Of a stretch of DNA of 33,669 nt, positions 18,730 to 29,500 are shown piece after piece. A program made the translations under genes and the position numbers. The notes under the pieces were generated by a model. That model was not told the origin of the DNA, did no database searches, and saw only the letters and a program-made list of their open reading frames with translations. The first letter of the stretch is position 1; the number at the start of each line of letters is the position of its first letter. The DNA comes from Deltaproteobacteria bacterium (GTDB taxonomy: Bacteria > Myxococcota_A > UBA9160 > SMWR01), in assembly GCA_032128375.1 (NCBI GenBank), contig JAQBGU010000111.1, positions 1 to 33,669 of the forward strand, given 5' to 3'.

Positions 18730-18871
18730 GAACGATTCCCAGCTTCGGTCGGCGCGCCCATGGTCGCCGATTCTCGAATCCCGTCGAAGCTCAATCAAAG
18801 CAAAGAAGAAGAAGAAAAAGAACGACGAGCTTAGTGAATTCCCCGCGAGCAGGTAGCCTCGCCGAAGACGC

Positions 18872-21316
18872 TCAGCGATCGGGAAAGACGCGCGCGCCAG
18901 AGCCTCCGGTCTCCCTCTGCGATTTGCCCACCAGGTCGAGCACGAACGCGTAGATCAATGCGGTTTCTCGATGTCGCCTGAATCGCCCCGACGCGCCGCC
19001 GTGGCCCGCTTCCATATTGGTCTGCAATAACAGCCGGTTCGATCCAGTCGATCGGTCTCGCAGCCTGGCCACCCACTTGGCAGGCTCCCAGTACTGCACT
19101 TGGGAGTCGTGCAAACCACTGAGCACCAACATGTGGGGGTAGCTTTGCGCGATGACATTGTCGTAAGGCGAGTAGCTCAACATGTAGTCGTAGGCGGCCC
19201 GCTCGCTTGGGTTACCCCATTCGTCATATTCGAACGTCGTCAGCGGGATGCTCTCGTCGAGCATCGTCGTGACGACATCGACAAACGGTACATCGGCCAC
19301 GATGCCATGGAACAAGTCGGGCGCCATGTTCGCGACTGCTCCGACCAACAACCCGCCCGCGCTGCCACCGTGGGCAAACAGCAGCTGCTGCGACGTCCAC
19401 CCGGCATCGACGAGGTGCTGAGCGCAACCGATGAAATCGGTGAAAGTGTTTCGCTTGCGCATGAGCTTGCCGTCTTCGTACCAACTGCGGCCGTATTCCT
19501 GGCCACCGCGAACGTGGGCGATGGCGTAGATGAAGCCGCGATCGAGCAGCGACAGACGCGCTGCGCTGAACTCCGGATCCATCGACACACCGTACGAGCC
19601 GTAGCCGTACAGGAGCAGAGCCTGGGGTCGGCTGCGGTCGAGGTCGCGGCGGTGCACGTACGAGACGGGCACGCGCGTACCATCGCTCGCGGTCACCTCG
19701 ACGCGACCGGTCGTGTAGGCATTGGGGTCGAACTCGCCGAGAACCCTCTGCCGCTTTTTCAATTCGCGCGTTCGTGTGCCCATGTCGTAGTCGAAGACAG
19801 AGTGGGGTGTCGTGAGTGATGCGTACTCGAACCGCAGCGTGTCGGTATCGATTTCGCGGTTGGTGCCGATATCGCTGACATACACCTCCTCGTCGAAGGC
19901 GATCTCGTGTGCGCTATCGCGATCCTGCCACGGGATCACGCGCAGCCGCGCGATTCCATCGCTGCGCTCGGCGACGACGAAAAAACGCTCGAACAAATCG
20001 AAGTCGCGCAGAAACACCCCGGGTCGGGTGGGCAGTTCGTCGCGCCAGCGCGCCTTGTCCGCACTGTGTTCGAGGGGGACACTCATCAGCCGGAAGTCCC
20101 GAGCCTTCCAGTTGGTCCGGATATAGAAGCGGTCCCCGAGGTGTTCGATGTCGTACTCGTGGTCGTTCTCCCGGGCGAGAAAGACGCGCGGCTCCGACAG
20201 CGGCTGATCTGCCGGCACGACCCGGATCTCATGCGACAGGGTCTGGTAGCTCCCGATGATGATGTAACGCTGCGACTTGCTGCGCCGAACATCGACAAAG
20301 AACTCGTCATCGCTCTCTTCGAATACCAGTTGATCATCGACCTGCGGAGTCCCCAGCACGTGGCGCCAGACTTGATGCGGGCGTAAGGTCGCCTCGTCGC
20401 GCTTCGCATAGAACAGATGAATGTCGTCGGCAGCCCACGCCATCGCACCACTTGCGTCTGCGAGCACATCCGCGAACGCTGCGCCGGTTTCGAGGTTTCG
20501 GAACCGCACGCTGAAAATCCGACGTCCCAGTGTGTCTTCGGCGTACGCCGCGATGTTCCGGCTCTCACTGACGATGGCACCCGCCAGTTGGTAGAAGGAG
20601 TGCCCCACGGCCTCGACGTTTCCATCGATCATGACCTGCTCGGCCGCATCGAGGCTCTCGCGCCTTCGACACAATATCGGGTATTCCTTGTTTTTCTCGT
20701 AGCGTAAGTAGTACCAGTCCCCATCGAACCGATACGGGACTGTCGACTCGTCGGGATCGATTCGACCGACGATCTCCTGAAACAGCGTCTCTTGAAACGC
20801 CGCCAGCGGCGCCATCTGTTCGGTCGTGTAGGCGTTCTCCGCCTCGAGGTAGGCGATTACCTCGGGATCGCTGCGCTCGTCGTCGCGGAGCCAGTAGTAC
20901 TCGTCTTCGCGAATGTCACCATGTGCCTCGAGGGCGTGCGGACGTTGCTCCGGCTTGGGGGGCGTTGCGTTCATGGAGCGGCCCTTCTGCGTCCATGTTT
21001 CGGGTGATGTGCTTGCCTGAATTTCACCCGCTGCGTCGTGCGGCTCGCGACCCGTCGCGTCCGGCGCATCGCCTTGGACCCATCCCCGCGATTCCATGCA
21101 GCGCCAAAAATGGTTCCCGTTGTTGCCGGTGTGGCCGGTTCGAAATTCCGATGCTTCGAGACACTCGGCCCTCGCAGCTTCGAGCGGCTGCTCCGGAATG
21201 CCGACAGCAACGAATTCCTGTTGGGGAAACCACCAGTGGCGAAGCGCGACACAGCCCGTTGTGAATGTACCGAGCAGCATCGCGCAGGCGCCGATCTCGA
21301 CGATGGATCGGTTCAT
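18872..21316 (-). CDS. ptrB: Oligopeptidase B (S9A), in frame with an upstream lipoprotein-like module; the canonical-length protein would start at ATG 20974
   Basis: HGDIREDEYYWLRDD, LLYGYGSYG, HVRGG, GGSAGG (Ser), HDSQVQYWEPAKW (Asp) and GHGGASGR (His). A 114-aa N-terminal extension from ATG 21316 carries the lipobox-like TTGC. Confidence 0.9.
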   Translation of the reverse strand: MNRSIVEIGACAMLLGTFTTGCVALRHWWFPQQEFVAVGIPEQPLEAARAECLEASEFRTGHTGNNGNHFWRCMESRGWVQGDAPDATGREPHDAAGEIQASTSPETWTQKGRSMNATPPKPEQRPHALEAHGDIREDEYYWLRDDERSDPEVIAYLEAENAYTTEQMAPLAAFQETLFQEIVGRIDPDESTVPYRFDGDWYYLRYEKNKEYPILCRRRESLDAAEQVMIDGNVEAVGHSFYQLAGAIVSESRNIAAYAEDTLGRRIFSVRFRNLETGAAFADVLADASGAMAWAADDIHLFYAKRDEATLRPHQVWRHVLGTPQVDDQLVFEESDDEFFVDVRRSKSQRYIIIGSYQTLSHEIRVVPADQPLSEPRVFLARENDHEYDIEHLGDRFYIRTNWKARDFRLMSVPLEHSADKARWRDELPTRPGVFLRDFDLFERFFVVAERSDGIARLRVIPWQDRDSAHEIAFDEEVYVSDIGTNREIDTDTLRFEYASLTTPHSVFDYDMGTRTRELKKRQRVLGEFDPNAYTTGRVEVTASDGTRVPVSYVHRRDLDRSRPQALLLYGYGSYGVSMDPEFSAARLSLLDRGFIYAIAHVRGGQEYGRSWYEDGKLMRKRNTFTDFIGCAQHLVDAGWTSQQLLFAHGGSAGGLLVGAVANMAPDLFHGIVADVPFVDVVTTMLDESIPLTTFEYDEWGNPSERAAYDYMLSYSPYDNVIAQSYPHMLVLSGLHDSQVQYWEPAKWVARLRDRSTGSNRLLLQTNMEAGHGGASGRFRRHRETALIYAFVLDLVGKSQRETGGSGARVFPDR

Positions 21317-21556
21317 AGTGATTTTCTGGCTCGTGATGGGCGCACCTCGAATCGACAGAATACCCGGTGCAGACGCCATCGGGCATCTTGCGCGCGATCG
21401 ACATCGAGGGCCAACGAACTCGTGCAAGAGATTCTGGCATGGTCAGCGCAGTGCGCGCAGTCGCCCGGCGTTTTGCGCCGATACTCCCGCAGGCTACCCT
21501 GTGTCGCTGTCCGCTACAGGATGGCGTGATCGGGCAGGTTCGACAGGAGATTCGTA

Positions 21557-22348
21557 ATGAGCGACGCAGCGGCACTCGCCGATTGGCTGCCGAAATTCAA
21601 GAGCTGGACGGAAAGCTCGATGCCACTGTTCAAGGTAGGCAAGGCGAAGCAGGCCTTCGGCAGCTATCCGTGGTTCACCACCGAAGGCGACCCGTTCGTC
21701 CGGCTGGAGATGCCCGCGAGCAAAGCGCGGTTTGGCTTGGTCACTACAGGTGGCTACTCGATCGAAGGGGTTCAGGAGCCGTTCCAACCCGGTCCGAGCT
21801 TCGACGACAAGGTTCCGGAAATTCGCTCGATTCCGTTCGATGTCGACCGAACCAAGCTCCGCATCGATCACATCGGCTACGACCACCGGTTCGCTAAGGA
21901 AGATATCAACGTCAATCTCCCATTGGACCGAATCAGCGAGCTGGCCGAGGCCGGCGAGATCGGTTCGGTCGCGCGCGAAACGCAGGTGGTCATGGGACTT
22001 CAGCCGAACGTCGCGCCGCTGATCCGCGAAGCCATCCCGACGCTGATCGACAGCTTGGTCGCAGATGACATCGATGCGGTGTTGCTCGTCCCGTCGTGAC
22101 CGGTTTGCCATCAGACCGTGAGTCTGATCGCGCGAGGTATCGAGCAGGCCGGCATCGCTACCGCACTCGTATCGGTTCTCGAACCGCTCAGCAGTTTCGC
22201 TCGCCCGCCCCGCCAATTGATCCGCAAACTGAATATCGGTGCGACCGTCGGCCGTCCCGGCGACACGGCTTCCCAGCGCGAAACGCTGCGGCGGATGATC
22301 TCACTCATCGAGACTGCCGAATCGGCCGGCGCAGTCGATCGGGATTAG
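21557..22348 (+). CDS. Selenoprotein of the PrdB/GrdB (D-proline/glycine reductase subunit B-like) family, 263 aa, Sec181
   Basis: ORFs 21557-22099 and 22118-22348 are in the same frame, separated only by TGA 22097-22099. Read-through gives VLLVPS-U-PVCHQTVSLIARGIEQAGIAT. Family motifs include LVTTGG, HIGYD...DINVNLPLDRI.ELAEAGEIG and PPR. AGGAG RBS. Confidence 0.9.
22100..22137 (+). promoter_or_regulatory. Bacterial SECIS element
   Basis: Perfect 7-bp stem ATCAGAC (22110-22116) / GTCTGAT (22122-22128) with a 5-nt loop CGTGA. The loop starts 17 nt after the UGA and has G in its second position. Confidence 0.82.
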
Positions 22349-22364
22349 TGCAGCGACGCGGGGT

Positions 22365-23303
22365 TCAGTTCCGGGTGGCTTCCAGATCGCTCGCATTGGC
22401 CGCAAATACATAGAGGAACTCAGCACCGATCGAGGCGGCGGCGAGTGCTGTGATTTCGGCGTGATCGTAGGCGGGAGCGACCTCGACCACGTCCATGCCG
22501 ACGATGTTGCAATTCACCAGGCCGCGCAGGATCGCGAGCGCAAGTTGGGTAGAGAGGCCTCCCGGATGCGGAGTTCCGGTGCCCGGAGCAAAGGCCGGAT
22601 CGAGGCAATCGATATCGAAGCTGAGGTAGGCCGGTGCATCGCCCACCACACGCGAAATTTCGGCGGCGGTCTCGCCCGCCGAGTGATCGTGAACCCACGT
22701 CGCGTCCAACACAGTCATCGGATAATTTTCGTAAGCGTACTGCGTCCGGATGCCCACCTGGACCGAGCGCGCAGGATCGATCAGTCCTTCGCGCTGTGCA
22801 TGCAAGAACATGTTGCCGTGATGGAATTCGCCTTCTACGTCTTCGGTGTCGGCGTGCGCATCGAAATGAATCAATGAGATGGGCCCGAACTTCGCCGCGT
22901 ACTCGCGCAGGATCGGCAGCGAGATGAAGTGGTCCCCGCCGAGTGTGAGCAACGCCTTGCCGGATCTGATGACACTGCGCGCCTGCGCTTGCAGCGCTGA
23001 CACCATGGATCGGCTGTCGCCCGTCCCGAACGCGATGTTGCCGGCATCGACGACCCGAATTCGGTCTCGCAGCGCAAACCGCCACGGCCAGCGCCGGCTT
23101 TCCCAACCGACGTAGGGAGAGACCAGGCGGATCGCGTCGGGCCCCGCGCGTGCCCCCGCGCGCCCGGTGGTCGCGAGGTCGTATGGCACGCCAATCACGA
23201 CCACATCGGCGGCGCAAGTGGCCGGGTCGGCGACGGTCGGGCACTCGAGAAATCCCAGCAGTACCGGGTCGTTCTCGGTGGGCTGTTCGCGGTCAGCCTG
23301 CAC
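22365..23303 (-). CDS. speB: Agmatinase / ureohydrolase
   Basis: GVPYD...GARAGPDAIR, LGGDHFISLP, HFDAHADT, HGNMF, SFDIDCLDPAFAPGTGTP and DVVEVAPAYD motifs. Start GTG 23303 or TTG 23336. Confidence 0.88.
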   Translation of the reverse strand: MQADREQPTENDPVLLGFLECPTVADPATCAADVVVIGVPYDLATTGRAGARAGPDAIRLVSPYVGWESRRWPWRFALRDRIRVVDAGNIAFGTGDSRSMVSALQAQARSVIRSGKALLTLGGDHFISLPILREYAAKFGPISLIHFDAHADTEDVEGEFHHGNMFLHAQREGLIDPARSVQVGIRTQYAYENYPMTVLDATWVHDHSAGETAAEISRVVGDAPAYLSFDIDCLDPAFAPGTGTPHPGGLSTQLALAILRGLVNCNIVGMDVVEVAPAYDHAEITALAAASIGAEFLYVFAANASDLEATRN

Positions 23304-23413
23304 ATTTTCCGATTGACCAGACAAATTGCCAGACAAGGATCCCTGAAGCCTCCAACATATGCGGGAGCTGGTACTCTAGGGCGGAATCGCGAATTTTTCC
23401 GGAGGTTTCCCCA

Positions 23414-24646
23414 TTGTCCAAGCAACCCGCTTCCGAACTCGTGCACGGCAGCGTGGCGGACGGCTTCGAAGCCGTTCGGCTCGAGTTCGAAAACAATTTC
23501 GCGTTTCGAAACGAGATCGGTGCCGCCTTCGCCGTGTATCACCGAGGCCAGAAAGTCGTAGACCTCTGGGGTGGGTTTCGCGACAAGAAGCGGCAGCACC
23601 CGTGGCGCGACGACACGCTCACCACGGTCTTCTCGACCACCAAGGGCATCGCCTCCATGACGCTCGCGGTCGCTCACTCGAGGGGCTGGTTCGAGTGGGA
23701 CGCACCCGTCGCACAATACTGGCCCGAGTTCGCTCGAGCCGGCAAGGCCAACGTCACGGTGCGACAACTCGTCGCCCACCAGGCGGGACTGTGCGCAATC
23801 GATGCGCCGCTCGATATTGCGATTCTCGGAGACCTCGACCGTTTGGCCGAGATCCTCGCGACGCAGCCACCCGCATGGACTCCCGGAATTCGCCACGGCT
23901 ATCACGCGATCAGCCTCGGCTGGTATCAGGGCGAGCTGCTGCGCCGTGTCGACCCCGAACACCGCAGCCTCGGCCACTTCTTTAAAGAAGAAATCGCCGA
24001 GCCGCTGGGATTGGACTTTCACATCGGTCTTCCCGCTTCCTTTCCCGAGTCCCGCATCGCTACGATCGTGCCGTCGAGTCTTCTCCGGTTGCCGTTCCAG
24101 GTCGGCCGGCGCAGCCAGATTCCGTTGCGGATGATCCTCGCCATGTTGAACCCGCGCTCGCTGACTGCGCGCTCGTTTACCAATCCAAAAATCAAGAACG
24201 CCGGCGCCTTCAACTCCGACCCCGAAATGCGCACCGTCGAGATCCCAGCAGCCAACGGAATGGGCGACGCGCGAAGCATCGCGCGGCTGTACAGCGAGTT
24301 TGCGACAGGCGGCGCTCAGCTCGAGCTGCGCAAGCAAACCCTCGACGACTTGATGGCCGATGCGTCGCTACCGGCCGAGGGCTCTTACGACCACGTCCTG
24401 CGGACCCACACGGTATTCTCCCTGGGGTTCATGAAACCCAACCCCGATTTCGACTTCGCTTCCAGCGGCCGCGGGTTCGGGACACCCGGTGCAGGCGGTT
24501 CATTCGGCTTCGCCGATCCAGACGCACGACTGGGTGTCGCCTATATCATGAACAAGATGGGCACATACCTCGTCGATGACCCGCGCGAAAAAGCGCTGCG
24601 CGATGCGACCTATCGGGCGGTTTCAAAACTCGGGCCGGGTCAGTAA
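23414..24646 (+). CDS. Serine hydrolase of the beta-lactamase class C / EstB-like esterase family
   Basis: FSTTK (SxxK), HQAGL, GYHA and FGTPGAGGS motifs. GGAGG lies 8 nt before TTG 23414. Confidence 0.9.
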   Translation: MSKQPASELVHGSVADGFEAVRLEFENNFAFRNEIGAAFAVYHRGQKVVDLWGGFRDKKRQHPWRDDTLTTVFSTTKGIASMTLAVAHSRGWFEWDAPVAQYWPEFARAGKANVTVRQLVAHQAGLCAIDAPLDIAILGDLDRLAEILATQPPAWTPGIRHGYHAISLGWYQGELLRRVDPEHRSLGHFFKEEIAEPLGLDFHIGLPASFPESRIATIVPSSLLRLPFQVGRRSQIPLRMILAMLNPRSLTARSFTNPKIKNAGAFNSDPEMRTVEIPAANGMGDARSIARLYSEFATGGAQLELRKQTLDDLMADASLPAEGSYDHVLRTHTVFSLGFMKPNPDFDFASSGRGFGTPGAGGSFGFADPDARLGVAYIMNKMGTYLVDDPREKALRDATYRAVSKLGPGQ

Positions 24647-25179
24647 TCCCGAATCGACGCGAGCACTGTCCCGCGGTGCTGCGGTCCGATCGATGAAATT
24701 GCGGCGGCACTGGCACACCAACTCTGCGTGTTCTCGATCGCCAGACGCAACAGCGTCGGTGGCTCCCCGAGCACCGGAACGTGTTGGTATTGGGGGTACT
24801 TCGCTTCCAGCGCGGCAACTGCGGCGGCAGCGTCCGCATCGCGGTCTGCCGCCCTGGGCGTTGTGATGGGCGGTGTGATGGGCAGGGTGATCGGCGTTGC
24901 GACGCTCGCGACGACATCGATGCGCAACCACCACAGCAGCGACCAATCGGAGTCCCACTCGTCGATCAACAGCGCGGCACGGGGCTGCTGCAACACGTTC
25001 ATCACACGCATCAACTGACCACCGCGTTTCGGCTTGCCATCGATAGGCGACCACAACACGTCCGCCAATCGAGCGAACACGACCGGCACGATGTGGGGAC
25101 CCGCCGGCCCGGTGGTGGCGAGGCGCGCCACCGGCCAACTGTCGAGCAAGCGATCAATGGTGTCTGAAGGCAGCTTCAC
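24640..25179 (-). CDS. PPOX-class split-barrel oxidoreductase, probably F420-dependent (Rv0121-like)
   Basis: VARLAT...PHIVPVVFA...IDGKPK...R..N....P.AALLIDEWDSDWSLLWWLR...KYPQY; GTG start 25179. Confidence 0.82.
   Translation of the reverse strand: MKLPSDTIDRLLDSWPVARLATTGPAGPHIVPVVFARLADVLWSPIDGKPKRGGQLMRVMNVLQQPRAALLIDEWDSDWSLLWWLRIDVVASVATPITLPITPPITTPRAADRDADAAAAVAALEAKYPQYQHVPVLGEPPTLLRLAIENTQSWCASAAAISSIGPQHRGTVLASIRDY
24856..24903 (+). repeat. In-frame 12-bp tandem repeat x4 in the PPOX gene (P-I-T-x repeats)
   Basis: gggcgttgtgat / gggcggtgtgat / gggcagggtgat / cggcgttgcgac. Confidence 0.85.
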
Positions 25180-25288
25180 GTGCGCGCATGGCCCCCGGGT
25201 GCACGCCGGATCGCGGTCAGGCCGGTTCGTTGCCGAACGCCGCATCTTCGGCGGCGCCCTGACTCGGACGTTCGAACACGGGACGGTT

Positions 25289-26401
25289 TCAGTGTAGCTC
25301 CTTCCTGAGTGCCTCCAGCAACCGCTCGACGCTTTCGCGCCGAGCATTCTCTCCCATCAATCCGATCCGCCAGATCTCGCCCGCGAGTGCGCCCAGCCCT
25401 CCACCCACTTCGATCTGGTAGTCGGAAAGCAGCGTCCGCCGCAGAGCTGCCTCGCCGGATTTCTTGACTGCTTCGGGCAGACGGACCGAAGACAGCATCG
25501 GCAGGCGATGCGCCGGGTCCACCAGGGGTTCGAATCCCAGCTCCGCCAAGCCGGCGATGAGTTCCTCGGCGGCATCGCGATGACGCGCGATCCGCTGTTC
25601 CAGTCCCTCTTCTTCGATCAATCGCAGCCCCTCATCGAGCGCGAAGATCGACGAGATCGGAGCCGTGTGGTGATACACGCGTTCGCCGCCGAAATAGCTC
25701 GCGAGCAAATTGATATCGAGGTACCAACTGGTGCTCGGCGTTGCACGGCTGCCCGCGCGCTCCACGGCGCGCGGCGAGAACGTCGCGGGAGACAACCCGG
25801 GAGGACATGACAGGCACTTCTGGGTTCCGCTGTAGGCCGCATCGACCCCCCAGCTATCCAGCTGCACCGGGAGTCCGGCCAGGGATGTTACACAATCCAG
25901 GATCACATAGGCATCGACGTCTCGCGCGGCCCGCGCGATCGCCTCGACCGGCTGATGGACACCCGTTGACGTTTCCGCGTGTACGAAGGCGACGGCTCTG
26001 GGCCGAACGCGCTCGATCGCGCGCGCCATCGCGCCAGCGTCGAGAATTCTTCCCCACTCGGCCTCGACTCGGGTGACATTCGCACCCAGTCGGCTGGCGA
26101 CGTCGCACATCCGGTTGCCAAATACCCCGTTGACGCCGATCACGACGGCGTCGCCCCGTTCGATCAGGTTGCCGAAACAGGCTTCCATCCCCCCGCTACC
26201 GGTCGTAGACAGCGGCAGCGTCATCGCGTTTTCGGTTCCGAACAGCGTGCGAAGCCGCCCCTGGACGCGGTCCAGGATCTTCAGAAAATCGGGGTCCAGG
26301 TGGCCAATCATCGGCTGAGCCATCGCTGCAAGCACGGCCGGGTGAAGATTCGACGGGCCGGGGCCCAACAGCAACTTGGGAGTTCTGGGTGTCCTGTTCA
26401 T
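25289..26401 (-). CDS. Alanine--glyoxylate / serine--pyruvate aminotransferase (class V PLP enzyme)
   Basis: LLLGPGPS, IGHLDPDF, VHAETSTGV, DCVTSL, SGTQKCLSCPPG (PLP Lys), YHHTAP and WRIGLMG motifs. Confidence 0.93.
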   Translation of the reverse strand: MNRTPRTPKLLLGPGPSNLHPAVLAAMAQPMIGHLDPDFLKILDRVQGRLRTLFGTENAMTLPLSTTGSGGMEACFGNLIERGDAVVIGVNGVFGNRMCDVASRLGANVTRVEAEWGRILDAGAMARAIERVRPRAVAFVHAETSTGVHQPVEAIARAARDVDAYVILDCVTSLAGLPVQLDSWGVDAAYSGTQKCLSCPPGLSPATFSPRAVERAGSRATPSTSWYLDINLLASYFGGERVYHHTAPISSIFALDEGLRLIEEEGLEQRIARHRDAAEELIAGLAELGFEPLVDPAHRLPMLSSVRLPEAVKKSGEAALRRTLLSDYQIEVGGGLGALAGEIWRIGLMGENARRESVERLLEALRKELH

Positions 26402-26576
26402 GGCAGCCCAGCATAACCCGCAGCGCGCCTGCATCCGCCCGGCAGGGCCGAAAATTCCGGCTCTTGGGGAATATTCGTTAACTTCCGCCTTTCCAACCCC
26501 ATCGTGTGCGTAGCTGCAATTCACGGCTAAGACCGAGACATCGCCGAGTCGAACGCTCGGCACAGGCGGGCATCGA

Positions 26577-29500
26577 ATGGCGAAGCGAACGATCCGGAAA
26601 TTGCTGGTTGCGAACCGTGGTGAAATCGCGATCCGCGTGATGCGTGGCGCGAACGAACTCAGGATTCGGACCGTCGCGATCTACGCGAACGAAGACCGTC
26701 TGTCGCTTCACCGGTTCAAGGCCGACGAGGCCTACCAGGTCGGGCACACGCTCGGGCCAGTCAAAGCCTACCTGTCGATCGAAGAAATGATGCGCGTCGC
26801 GCGCGAGGTCGGCTGTGACGCGATTCACCCGGGCTACGGATTCCTGTCGGAGAATCCGGACTTTGCCGATGCCTGTGTCGATGCGGGAGTGCTGTTCATC
26901 GGTCCTCCGTCACGCGTCATGCGGACGCTGGGAAACAAACTCTCGGCTCGCGCCCTCGCCGAACGGGCTGGTGTTCCGGTGATGCCGGCAACGGGTCCTC
27001 TGCGCGATGATATCGGAGAGATTCGAACGCTCGCCGCAGCGGTCGGCTACCCGGTGATGCTCAAGGCTTCGTGGGGAGGTGGCGGTCGTGGCATGCGGGT
27101 CATCGAATCAGAAGCCACGCTCGAGGCCGAAGTCACGTCCGGCCGGCGCGAGGCCGCCGCCTCGTTCGACAATGATGAGGTCTACCTGGAAAAGCTCGTG
27201 CGCCGCGCCCGCCATGTGGAAGTCCAGCTACTCGCAGACACGCACGGAAACCTCGTTCACCTCTACGAACGCGATTGCACGGTGCAGCGCCGACACCAGA
27301 AGGTGGTCGAACGGGCGCCCGCCCCCTACCTCGACGATCAACAACGCCAACAGCTCTGCGATGCTGCGCTTTCCATCGCTCGCGAGGCGGACTACGTGAA
27401 TGCGGGAACCGTCGAGTTCCTGATGGACGCCGATACCGATGCGTTCTATTTCATCGAGGTGAATCCGCGGATCCAGGTCGAACACACCGTTACCGAGCAG
27501 GTCACCGGGATCGACATCGTCAAAGCGCAGATCCGGATCGCGCAGGGTGCCCGGATTGGAGACGTCGCAGAATCGGGTGTGCCCGAGCAAGCCGACATCA
27601 AGCTCAACGGAAACGCGTTGCAGTGTCGGATCACGACCGAGGATCCGGAAGCGAACTTCATTCCCGACTACGGCAGGATCACTGCCTACCGAGGAGCCAC
27701 GGGATTCGGCGTCCGGCTGGATGGAGGCACGGCCTATTCGGGAGCCGTGATTACACGGTACTACGACTCGCTACTCGAGAAAGTGACGACCTGGGCACCC
27801 ACGGCCGAAGAGGCCGTCATCCGAATGGACCGCGCTTTGCGTGAGTTTCGCATTCGAGGTGTGGCGACCAACCGTGCGTTCGTCGAAAACCTGATCAATC
27901 ACAAGTGCTTCGCAGCCGGCGACTATACGACGCGATTCATCGACGACACGCCCGAACTGTTCCACTTTCCCGCTCGACGCGACCGCGCGACCAAACTGCT
28001 CACCTTCATCGCCGACGTGATCGTGAACGGGAACCCCGCAGTGGCCGGGAGGCCAAAGCCCGCCAACCCGTCGAACCCCAGCCCGCCAGCAGTCGCGGCC
28101 GGGACGGCACAGCGCGGAACCCGCGACTTGCTCGACGAACTCGGGCCGGAGCGTTTTTCGCAGTGGATGCTCGATCGCAGCGAAGTGCTCGTCACCGATA
28201 CCGCGATGCGCGATGCCCACCAATCGCTGCTCGCGACCCGAATGCGCAGCTACGACATCTGGAAGGTCGGTCGGGCTTACAGCCAACTACTACCGGAGTT
28301 GTTCTCCTTGGAGTGCTGGGGGGGCGCCACCTTCGACGTCTCGATGCGGTTCCTGAAGGAGTGTCCATGGAATCGACTGCGCGGGCTGCGAGAGCAGATC
28401 CCGAACATCTTGTTTCAGATGCTTCTGCGAGGGGCCAACGGGGTCGGCTACACCAACTATCCAGACAACGTGATCCAGAGCTTCGTCGCGCAGGCCGCGA
28501 ACAGCGGAATCGACTTGTTTCGCGTGTTCGACTCGCTCAACTGGGTCGAGAACATGCGTGTCTCGATGGATGCGGTGCTGGAAAGCGGAAAGTTGCTCGA
28601 AGGCGCGATCTGCTACACCGGCGACATGCTCGACCCAAACCGACCCAAGTACGACCTCGACTACTACTTGACGATGGCGCGCGAGCTCAAGGCTGCCGGT
28701 TGCCACATCATCGGCGTGAAGGACATGGCGGGCCTTTGCAAACCCAACGCCGCCGAACTGCTGATCGGATGCATCAAGCGGGAGACCGGCTTGCCGGTCC
28801 ACTTCCACACACACGACACCAGCGGCATCTCCGCTGCGAGTGTGTTGGCTGCGGTCCACGCGGGCGCCGATGCAGTCGACGCTGCATGCGACGCGCTTTC
28901 GGGAACGACGAGCCAACCCAACCTCGGTTCCATCGTCGAGGCGCTGCGCGGAACCGAACGCGACACCGGCCTCGACGTCCGGCGCGTGCGCGAAATTTCC
29001 GACTACTGGGAACGGGTTCGCAGCAACTACACTGCGTTCGAAACCGACCAGCGCTTTGGCGCGTCCGAAGTCTACATGCACGAGATGCCCGGCGGACAGT
29101 TCACCAATCTGAAAGAACAGGCACGCCGCCTGGGCCTCGAGGGCGATTGGCACAAGGTCGCGTCGACCTACGCCGAAGTGAACCGAATGTTCGGCGACAT
29201 CGTCAAGGTCACCCCGACCTCGAAGGTCGTCGGCGATATGGCGCTGATGATGGTATCGGCCGGCCTGACTCCCGAAGAGGTCGAGAATCCCAATCGCGAA
29301 GTCGCGTTTCCCGATTCGGTCGTCGCGTTTTTTCGCGGAGAAATGGGTCAACCTGCCGGGGGCTTTCCGAAGGCGCTTTCGGAAAAGGTGTTGAAGGGCG
29401 AAACGCCGTTGACCGATCGACCGGGCGCGACGTTGGCACCGGCCGATTTGACGACATTGCGCGAAGAGGCCGACACGATCGCCGCACGGCCGGTAAGCGA

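Noticed and set aside
21437..21451. Sigma-54 promoter upstream of the selenoprotein (TGGCA...GC)
   Set aside because: GG-N10-GC spacing fits, but the -12 element is GCGC rather than TTGC; too weak in GC-rich DNA.
23414..24646. Beta-lactam resistance gene
   Set aside because: No signal peptide, and the motifs fit cytosolic EstB-like esterases better than AmpC.
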